A stretch of 64,000 nt of DNA from Chrysomallon squamiferum (Eukaryota; Animalia; Mollusca): contig CM022673.1 in NCBI GenBank assembly GCA_012295275.1, forward strand, positions 29,760,001-29,824,000, read 5' to 3'. Under the pieces are notes generated by a model. That model ran no database searches, had not been told where the DNA came from, and worked only from the letters and a program-made list of their open reading frames with translations. The position numbers were made by a program, and so were the translations under genes. Position 1 is the stretch's first letter, and the number at the start of each line of letters is the position of its first letter. This document shows, in pieces, positions 34,701-46,400 of this stretch.

Positions 34701-37409
34701 TGCGTAGAGTGTTTGATCGACTTCTTTACATCACTTGCTCACAGAACTGGGAGGCCATGGGTGCTCATTTCTGGATCAAACAGTGTATTGAGGTGGGTCA
34801 CAAGAATTAATTTATATGTGTTGGTTTTATGAAATGTTTATTATTTTTATTTTTTTTATTTTTTTTTACTTTTTGCATACCTATTTATTTATTTTTTTAA
34901 TTATTATTATATTTATAAATAACAAATATTTGTGCCGATTTATTGTGTCCTAAACCAGTTTTTATTTCCTGTTAACAGAATAAATTTGAGAAGAAAAATA
35001 TTATTGGATTAATAGTTTTAAAAAAGTTACTGGAAAAAATATAAATCTCTCTGGACTAATATTTACAATAAATGTATTTCCATTACAGATACATCTAAAT
35101 GTAATGCATATCATGAATTTAAATATATCATTATTGATTATTATATTTTTTATTTTTTGTTTTCAGCTTCTGTTATCTGTTGCTGTGAATGGCCTCTCTA
35201 TACAGAGTTCTTCACCCATGAATCTGTTGCCGTCTGCGTGTTCTGTCGTCAACCTGGCAGACAGTCACGACCGAGCAACGTTCGCCACCATTGTCAGAAT
35301 GAAAGAGGAACCCATGGACGTGGAGAGTCTGGACTCCAACAAGGAAGAAGTGAGCTTAAAATTCAAATCAGAATACCTACATATATATACATAGATATAT
35401 TTTATATGTTTTATTTTTTTATCCAGAAGAGTTTAATGTTTGGACACAGAGTATTATTTTAAAATAGCCAAAATTATATCTGTTTTTATTTTTAGGAGGA
35501 TATTGACATAGACTTGTCAAGTGTTTCACCAGATGAGGGTCTGTCAAAAGATGTGCCAAAGAAAGAAACTGAAGATCCAAAACAAACTCTGCAGACATTG
35601 CTCCAGCGACAAGCCAAGTTTTTAGAGAACTGTAGAGAAATTAAGGTTATTGTCCTTTTGTCTCTATTAATATGTGTCTTCATAGTGTTCATGTTTCTTG
35701 TTGTATACATGTTTACATAAAAGGGACATTTTCATACATTTATTCTTATTTTTGATTACAGTGTTTTGTAGACTCAGTCGTTTTAATCTAACAATAGTTA
35801 TCCAAGGATTAAATGTTAATATCATTATTTGAATTAATTAATTTACATATCCATCCTTATTTTAACTTTATATATTACATTGTTTCAGTGGGATTTTCAC
35901 ATGTATTTTTAAATTATATTTTGTTGTTACCTCGCAGACTGTACAGTATCTCAACTCTCTGGCTCAGCTAGCTCATGGCAACACTGACCTGGCACACAAC
36001 ACTTGGCTGGAACTGTTTCCTCGAATCTGGAAAATCCTCTCTGAGAAGCAGCAGCAACTCCTCAGTGCTGAGCTGGTTCCGTTTCTCTGCAGTGGCAGCC
36101 ATGTCATCCAGAAAGACTGTCAGCCCAGTGCTGTTCACTGTTTCCTCGAAGGTCTCTCACTGTGTGTCCCAGCAATTCCTGTCAGACCCTGCGTCCTGAA
36201 GGTCAGTCTTCTGATTCAGTACACTATTTGTTTTTAAAGAGGTTTTGTTAAAAGAGGGCTGGCCATATATAGCACAGTGTTTTTCAAATATTATTTTTTA
36301 TATGTTTGGATATCTTTTTAATTAATATTTTTAGTTTTATTATATTTATTAGTCTATTTTTTTATTTGTGTAACAGTAACATCTTGTATGTTGAAGGTTA
36401 GATGAATTCTGGTTTATTTTTTGTTTTTAAACTAATGTACTATTTTCTAAAATGTAATTTACATTTTTCTCAAAGTGTTTCTTTTCATATTTTCATTTGT
36501 TTCCAGAACAAATATTCAGTTTGTTACAACAAAAATAAAGCAACAATGAGTGTAACACAAAAATGTAATTAATGAACTTTCTGATTGTTAAAGTAATTTT
36601 TAAGAAACTAACTTGTTTTTCAGTACCTGGGTCGAACTCACAATCTCTGGCACAGGACCAGTTTGCTGCTGGAGCAGATGGCTTTTGACAACAACTCCAC
36701 AGCTCTTGTTAAAAACAGACCTCCCAGTGAATATGAATTTGAACCTACCTTGTCCTCACCTCACCAGGTAGTCACTGTTTTCTAATTAACAGTCAAAGAT
36801 TTAGTTTTCTTTATAAATAAAATACAGGTTGTATCCTGAAGATTAGAATTCAGATTATAGTTAAACGCCTTTTCAAGTTTGTTTGCCATTCCAACCAGCA
36901 TCCTATGTTTTGGAATCAGATGAAAAAGGCCATTGCTGTTCAATAATAAATGAATTTCTTTGTTGCATCATCAAACCAAAAAAAATAAAAAACCCAAACA
37001 CTTTTGATACTTTGTAATATTCAATAAATAGTAACATGTATTGAAAGTATCAGTAAATATTAATCAGTTAGTTTGTAAGAATTATTATCATAAAAGATTA
37101 ATGCTTCTTATCAATGTTACTAAAACTTTGTAATTATTATTATTTATAAAAATAATATTTTTTGAAGTATAGTTCTTACTGTAATTAACATACTTGAATC
37201 TTTTTCCTTTGGTTTTTAGGAGACTCTGGATGCCCTCTGTGACCTCTACTCTCTACTGAAGGAGGAAGATATGTGGTGTGGCCTGTGGCAGAAACGTGCC
37301 AAATATCCAGAAACAGTGACAGCCATTGCTTACGAACAGCATGGCTTCTTTGAACAGGCCCAGAATGCATATGAACTGGTAAATATGAAATCTTGCAGGT
37401 ATGGGTGGG

Positions 37410-37446
<37 letters not shown>

Positions 37447-40400
37447 CTTTATTGTTTTGTTACAATTTGATTAAAATTTCTTGTTAAACCATTTTCATCT
37501 CAGAGGGCTTTTTGTGATTAATCTTTTAATTTTCTCTTACAATTACCCAGAAGTTGATTGTTATTATTATTATTATATTTTGTGGGTTTTTTTTTTCATT
37601 AAACATTCATTTAAAAAAATGTGTTATTCAGGCTCTGAGTAAAGCGAGACAGGATCACAACACCAGCCCAGCATCACCGTCAGTCCTGCCAGAATACCGA
37701 CTGTGGGAGGAACACTGGATACGGTAAAACAACTCATTTTAAACACATTTTCTGTTGAGCTTTAAAATACTTTCTTATCTTTCACTGTTGATGCTATTGT
37801 TTCTAATGTCAGTATTAATTTCTTGTTTTCTTGTCTGAGAAAAGATGCACCTTGTTTTACTTCAAAATCTTTTTTTATGACTTTGTCAATGCTTTTCAAA
37901 ATATTCAACATATCCTGTTCTAAATGAAAACAGCAAAACTTTTGGTGTTAATTTGTATTCATTTTACACATATTTATAAAATATCACACTCATAATAAAA
38001 ACAACTAAATTGCAGATGCTCAAAAGAACTGTACCAGTGGGACTTGTTACTGGAGTATGCCAACTCAAAGGGTAACACAAACTCTAACTTGGTGCTGGAG
38101 AGTGCTTGGAGAGTTCCAAAGTGGGCCCTGATGAAAGATTCTCTAGCTCAGGTAATGATTAACAATGCAGTAAGAATAATTAATAACTGCAGCACAAGAA
38201 TTAATTTTTATGCAGGCACCATATGTGATTCTTCACTTTTCAGTTTTGAGAATCAAGGCTTAATATAGATTTAAAACATAAAATAATAAATAAAAATTAA
38301 GGAATGAAATCAGATATAAATTAATACAATTCTAAAGCCATTATTGGAGGAATGAAGAAATAAATGTTAAACTTGTCAAAAATAATGCAGATTTAGGGCA
38401 GTTGGTTTGGTTACTTTGATATCTTTAAAATAAATTACAAAATAATCTACAGTGTTTTCTGACTTAAAGAAAGAAAAAAGAAAGTATGTGATATGTGTGG
38501 ATGTAATTCTGTGTGTATGTATGAGTCAGTGAGTGATTGATAATGAATTGAGAATGAGAGAGAAAATCTGTGTTAGAGTTGTATAATTTAAATGAAAAAT
38601 TTGTAGCATAATTCTTCATGCACATGAGTGGATATACCTTTGTTTGGAGTCTAAAATAAATAAAATTTTGTTTTTAGGTTGAACTGAGCTGTCCAAAGGA
38701 GTTGGCTTGGAAAGTGAATCTTTACCGAGGCTACATTGCCATCTGTCATCCAGACGACAATCATCTCAACATGGTGATGGTAAATTATTTACTTTAGTTC
38801 TTCTCTTCATATTAATAGTTTACTTTAATTTCTTATTAGCCTCCTGCTTCGAAAACTAGAACAAGAAACATATAATCTGCATACAAAATCAGCTAACATA
38901 GCAGGTTGTAAGGATGTTACGTACATATGTGTTGTTACAACTTAAATAATCTTTTAAAGATGTTAGTAATCATGAACATGACAATAATTTCAGATTGAGA
39001 GGCTTGTTGAGGTGTCCAGTAACTTGGCAATCAAAGAATGGAGACGTCTTCCAAGCATTGTGTCTCACATACATGTCCCTCTTCTACAGGTACGTTATAT
39101 TACAAAACTTAATACTGATGATATTATGTATGGTTATTTATAGAATACTGTTTTAAAGTTTATAATGTCAAATTACAGAAATACTCATTATGAATAAAAT
39201 TCCTAGTGTGGTGAACATTTTGACCTTTATATTGAATATCTCTATTTCATAGAAACTAGAATTAAATATTACATTTATTTTTCCTGTAAAATGTCTATGA
39301 CACGTTTTAAGTATATAAAGTTTATGCACCAATTTTGTTTTTCTATTTATAAATTTCTGACAGTAATCAGTTTGTTTTTTCTGTTTTTAAGTTCCTTACA
39401 GTAATCAGTTTGTTTTTTCTGTTTTTAAATTCCTGACAGTAATCAGTTTGTTTTTTCTGTTTTTAAATTCCTGACAGTAATCAGTTTGTTTTTTCTATTT
39501 TTAAGTTTCTGACAGTAATCAGTTTGTTTTGCAGGCAGCGCAGCAGATCATGGAACTGCAGGAAGCGGCTCAGATCAACCAGGGACTTCAGCCTGGAAAC
39601 ATCACCCGCAGCTCTTCAGTGCATGACATGAAGGCCATAGTGAAAACCTGGAAGTTAGCAGTTTTGTCTTTTTTCAAGCAGATTTCTGTTTTTCTCATAA
39701 TGTGATCAATTTTTCTAAAATATTGTAATAACAGTTATAACTGAACTTATATTTAATTTTGGATGATTGAAGTGTGTGAAACTGGCATTTATGTTTTGCA
39801 TAAATTAAAAACAGTCAGATGAGTAAATGTACTATGAGCTGGTGAGAAAATTTTTGATGTAATTATACAGGCTAATATAAATTTTGAATATTTATCACAC
39901 TAACTGGTATAGATTTCATAATTATTTCATATTTTTATAATCAGTGTAAAAATAATAAATAGCACTTTGTGCATTTAAAAATACACAAAAAATTGTGATT
40001 TGATATATCAAAACAAAGATAAATCTATAATGTAAGAATTTGATTTTTTATATTTATTTCTTTTAAACTTTTTTTATAATGTGAAAATAGCATCTGTGAT
40101 TTTTATCTAAACATGTTATGTTTAAATTGTAGGAATCGACTGCCAATGATCTCTGATGATCTCTCTCACTGGAGTGACATCTTCACTTGGCGGCAACATC
40201 ACTACCAGTTCATCGTCAACCACTACGAATCTCATGCTCAAGCTGATCCTGTATGTTCATTTTTACTTCATGGTTTTTAGTGTCGTAATTATCATTTAAT
40301 GAACCTTGGAGGTTTGAAAAAAATAATAAAGAATGAAAAGGAGTTTGCTAAGACCTTTCTGGTAGTAATAAAAATGAATATGACAATGTTCAGAAATAGA

Positions 40401-43400
40401 CACTGGGTAAGCAGTTACAGTTAAACAAATGATCATTCTGAACTGCTGTTTTTAACAAGTTGCATTCAGATTATTTTATATTTTGTTTTATATGCTAGCT
40501 AATTTGATCTTTTCTAGGGTTTTTTCATGTTTTCATGTTTTTCAGCAAAACAACCACTCCATGCTGGGAGTTCATGCTTCTGCTCAGGCTATCATCCATT
40601 TTGGAAAGATTGCTAGGAAACACAACCTCACCGGGGTTTCCCTTGATACCCTCAGCAGGTCACTTTATTTCTTACATTTCTTCTTTCCTTTCTTTTTAAA
40701 TAAAATAGTTACTGATTTAATGTCATATGAATAAATAAGCAGAATAAAATATATAATTCTATACATTTTTGATGTTTTTTGATGTTTTTAAATTTTTTGA
40801 AAATGTTCTCTAAAAAGTTTATATTTTCCTATAAAATTGTTTTGAATGCAGTTACTTTTGTTTATTTTTAATTAAGTTCAAGTTTATCTTTGTTCTAGGA
40901 GTTCTTATAAAAATATTTATGTGGGCAGAAATCAAGAAACAATACCAAATGTATTGTTGTTCACAGAGTATAGTAACAAATTTTTTTTTGTTGTTGACAT
41001 AATGACATGTCTGTTGATATTTATTTTGTGAAGATGTTGCTAACAATACACATTTTATTTCTAGAATTCACACTATTCCCAGTGTTCCGATTGTGGACTG
41101 TTTTCAGAAGATCAGACAACAAGTGAAATGTTACCTACAGATGTCAGGTGTGATGGGCAAAAATGAGCTTAATGAAGTGAGTAACTAATTTTAATAATTT
41201 AATACCTGCACAAAAATTAAATAACATGTTATCTTATATTTTAATATTATATAATTATTTTTGCTTTTAAATGTTTCCTTTTTCTGATTTTAATTTTAAA
41301 AAGCCAATACAATTTCTTGATCTGTTTTTATGGGAGTTTATATTTTTCTTCTTTCTTCATTACTTTTTGAGGGTTTTTTTCTTCCTCTTTTTTCATTTTT
41401 ATATATTTTTTTTATTTAGGGTTTGGAAGTGATTGAGTCGACAAATCTGAAATACTTCACGAAGGAAATGACTGCAGAGTTCTATGCACTGAAAGGAATG
41501 TTTCTTGCGCAGATAAACCGCTCGGAGGACGCTAACAAAGCATTTTCTGCGGCAGTGCAGATGCACGACACGCTGGTCAAAGCCTGGGCACTGTGGGGAG
41601 ACTACCTGGAGGCAGTGTTCACTAAAGACAAGTAAAATAACAATAACAATATTAATAACAATAACAACAACAACAACAATAACAACAACAACAACAACAC
41701 AACAACAACAATCACAACAATCACAAAACACAAAAGTAAAATAATGATAATAGTACAACAACAATAATAATTAAATTAATAATAATAAAATATAAAATAA
41801 AAGAATAACAACATTAACAGTAATAACAATATAAATAATAATAAACAATGATAACAACAACAGTAACAATAATAAGTATAATAATTAAATACCATGATTC
41901 AACACAGAATATTATAACCAAAGTCAAAATACAAATTTTTAAATTTTAAGACACTTCAAAAATAATTATATTCTAACTGAATTGTACATGTTTATTCAAA
42001 ATAGTACTATTAGTACTACTTAGTTTGAAACACACATTTACTGCATATATGAAATATTTCTTGTTTTCTTGAAAAATTAAATAATATTAGGTTACATTTA
42101 AATCCCATAAACAGTTTGTTTCACTTAGCATTTACATTTATCAACTGTAAATAAATGACATTGATTTTCTATTCTTTTTTCTCTATTTTAACCTCAGACA
42201 AATTCAGCAAGGAGAGTATGCCATCACTTGTTACTTGCATGCTTGTCGTCACCAAAATGAGGGAAAGTCCAGAAAATATTTGGCTAAAGTTCTGTGGCTG
42301 TTGACATATGATGATGACAAGTTGACACTGGCAAGTGCTGTTGACAAATATTGTGTTGGTGTACCTGCAATACAGTGGTTGCCTTGGTAAGTACTGCTTG
42401 TGTGTGGGGTGGGTATAGGCGGTGCAGGCATGTGGGAGGGTGTTTGAGTATGTATGCCTATCTGTGGGTTTATAAGTGAGCATATTTGTATGTGTTGTAT
42501 GCTTAGGTGTTGAAATATTGTTTCTGAGTATGCATGTATTCCATCCAGGCATATATTCATAAATTATTTTATTTTATTTCATTTATTTATATATGTATAT
42601 ATTTTTTATTTAAAGAACCAGTAAATTATTTATAAAGCAGAAGGTTAATAAGGACAATTTACAAGACTATTTAGACTGTAAATTGTTAATGCTTTATCTT
42701 GCAGGATTCCACAGCTGCTGACGTGTCTGGTTAGAAGTGAAGGTCGACTGATTATGAATCTGCTCAGTCAGGTTGGACGAATGTATCCCCAGGCTGTCTA
42801 CTTCCCCATCAGAACTCTCTACCTGACCCTGAAAATAGAACAGAGAGAACGATGTGAGTTGTCTGACATTTTCTCATTCTCTCTGTCTTTCTGTCACTTT
42901 CTCACTAACTCTTTCACTCCATATAGAGAAATAGATATGATTATTTTGTTTTTGTAGATTTTTTCAAAGTAGTAAAAATTTAAAAAAATAAATAAAAAAT
43001 GTAAACACAAGCTGTATATTTAAGACCAAAATTCTAATCACTATTTCAGTATTAACAACATATCCAAATATACTGATAATTCAATTTAAAAATGTATATT
43101 ATTATTAATACAGCTAAATCGTGGTGTCAGTGATTTTTAAATTTTATTTTTTCAGACAAGAGCAGTGGTGATCAGACAGCTGGAGGCCGATGTCTTTTAA
43201 CATCAACATCAGCAACAACAACTACAGCGGCATCAATTGCTGTTACCACAGCACCTGTTACTCCAGAAGTGACTGCACCTCCAACACCAACCTCAGGTAA
43301 TACAGATTTTACCATTGAACTTGGACTGATCAATCTTTGCTTACAGTTGAATTATGAATGTGTATTTTTTGTGTTTTGTGTGTGTACAGACACACTTATA

Positions 43401-46400
43401 TAGAGGTTCATATGGAATATTATTATTTAAAAATTTATCATATCCTCATAAAAGTTAGAATTTGTAGTGTTTCTGTCTGCTATTTCATACACAGTTTATA
43501 AAATATATTTTAATTTACCTTTTATTTAATTTTCACCTTATCTATTTCAGATACAGCAACAACCAGCCAGTCATCATCATCGTCAACATCAGCTGGCCAA
43601 CCTGCTAGAAGTGGTGCCAGCCAGGGCGATGCCGGGCCAATCAAAGCACCAGCACCAATGTGGCGATGCAGTCGTATTATGCACATGCAGCGAGATCTTC
43701 ATCCAACCATATTGTCATCTCTGGAAGGAATTGTTGATCAGGTACTTTAGAGAAAAAATTTGTTTTTCTTTTTTTTTAAATTGTCTATAAATTTTATTTA
43801 AATGTTTTGTAAACATTTTATAATGTAGTCCTCAAAGAAGTTTGTTTAAATTTAATTCTAAATATATTTATACTTTCAGAAGTTAATTCTGAATTTTTTC
43901 TTTAACGAAAAATAAAAATAATAATATGCAGAGAAAAAGAAAGAACAAGGAAAATAACTATTATTAAACTGATAGAGTAAATCATGTACAAAATTTCTAT
44001 TAGTGTCTGTCATGCATGCTTACAAGCACTGTATTTTATTATCAGACTTTGACAAAGATTGTTACCTATCAAAAAGTAAAATTTAAAGTTTTACAAGTTT
44101 CGTCTTAATGAACTTGTTTGTTTTCAAAGATGGTGTGGTTTCGTGAGAACTGGTACGAAGAGGTTCTGAGACAGCTGCGTCAGGGACTTGCCAAGTGTTA
44201 CGCTGTGGCTTTTGAGAACCGAGCTTCAGGTAGGTCAATCGGACAATTCTTTAATCATCTCTTTTCAGTTTTCAAGCTGATGAAGTAAATCATTACAATG
44301 CAGTTCTGTGTATTAGAGAACTGAAGTGAAGATGATGAAATGAAAATCAGTTTTACTTTTCAGAGTAATTTATATTTGTTTTTTTAATCCAAAAGAGCAT
44401 TTTGAATTTAACTTTTTTCTATGTTTAATGTTTCTTAAAGTGAAATTAAAATGTTTTATTTCTCAAGATGACATTTATTTATAGAATAATATGCAGACTT
44501 TGAGATTTATGAGACATACGAATGTATTTCATTTATTTAATTATTTATGCAAGTTAATGCTAATTTGGAAATTATTTTCTTCCAGTGGCAGAAGCAACAA
44601 TCACACCACACACGTTAAACTTTGTGAAAAAACTTGTCAGTACGTTTGGAGTTGGAATAGAAAATGTGTCGAGTGTTTCTTCAACTTTCTCCAGCGCTGC
44701 TTCAGAATCTCTCGCACGTCGAGCTCAGGCAACAGCTCAGGACCCAATCTTCCAGAAAATGAAGAGTCAGTTCACTACTGATTTTGACTTCAGGTAAACA
44801 GAATATTTGTATTATAATAAGTAAATAAATTTATAAATAATTACATATTGGTCAAATGACTTGGGAATGTGTACAAGGAAAGAATCTGGCTCAGGTAGAA
44901 AATTGCAAGTTGATTCAAATCATGTTTGTATTAATTTTTTTAGATGAGACTTGTTTTATTTACTGAATGAAATAATATTTTTGTTTTTCTAGTGTACCAG
45001 GCTCAACAAAGTTACATAATCTGATAAACAAGTTGAAGAAATGGATTAAAATCCTTGAAGCAAAAACCAAGCTTCTACCTAAGTATGAATCTTCTATTTT
45101 TTAATGTATATATTATTTATTTTATTTATTTTATTTTATTTTATATTGCTAATTTTTATCTGTTTTACTAATCAAAAAGAATAATTTTTAATTTTTTTAA
45201 TTTTTTTTTTTTACTTCAGATTGTGTTAAAAAGACATTTAAAAAATAAGAAGAAACTCATTATTACTAATATTTTGTTAATTTCATGAATGGTTTGAGGC
45301 TTTGGTAATAATACATTACAGTTAATTTGTTGCTTTTTCTGTAGGTCATTCCTGATTGAAGAGAAATGTCGTTTTCTCAGCAACTTTTCTCTCAACACTG
45401 CAGAGGTGGAACTACCAGGAGAATTTCTTCTTCCAAAAGTAAAATTTAAAATTATATTATTTTTTTAAATTGTATTTAAATAAAAATATATAATATCTTT
45501 TTTTTAATTTCAATTAGATTTTTGTGTATTTTTTCCTTAAGATGAAATAACTTAAGGTTTTAAACTGTCCTTTATTTCTAAAAATTATTTTGTTATTGTT
45601 TTTGTCTTTATTGTTGTTGTTGGTATGTTATTAATATTATTATTATTTATTTATTTATTTGTTTATTTATTTATTAGTTGTGTTTGTTATTTTGGGAAGA
45701 TGGAGGGGTTATTTTTCTTGATTTCAAATTATCTGTTTTATTCAGTGATTTACATGATGTTTTTATGTACATTTTATGTTTTTGTTTTCAGCACAGTCAC
45801 TACTATGTCAGAATAGCTCGATTCATGCCACGAGTTGAGATTGTACAGAAACACAACACAGCAGCAAGAAGACTGTACATCCGAGGTCACAATGGAAAAG
45901 TCAGTTCTAACTATTTGTTACTCACCTATTGTTATTATTATTATTGTTGTTATTATTTGTATTCTGTCATACTTGACACAAGTTTAACTTTATTTATAAT
46001 GATTTTTGTATCTGTTTTACAGATCTATCCTTACCTGGTTGTCAATGATGCCTGTCTTACAGAATCTCGAAGAGAAGAGAGAGTGTTACAGCTGTTGCGA
46101 ATGTTGAATCATTTCCTCACTAAACAAAAGGTTTTTCTTTAGAAAACAGTTTCTTTTAGAAAGGCATTCATAGTTCAGCAGTTTTATATTTTTAAATATA
46201 TGAAGTCTCAGAAATCACATGACCATAACCATGTTATTTTGTAAGAAACATTATATCTTTCCAAAAAGCATACTGCAGTAAATTTCCAAACAGACAATAT
46301 GTTCACAATATATAAAAGTTCTGTCAATATTTTTAAAGTAAATATGTAGATAGATTTAAAAATTTAAATAATTAGTCAGTAAAAAAAACTCACTGACAAA

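Noticed and set aside
37003-37052. Bulged hairpin tgatact..ttcaata / tattgaa agtatca
   Set aside because: Short AT-rich stems expected by chance at this composition.
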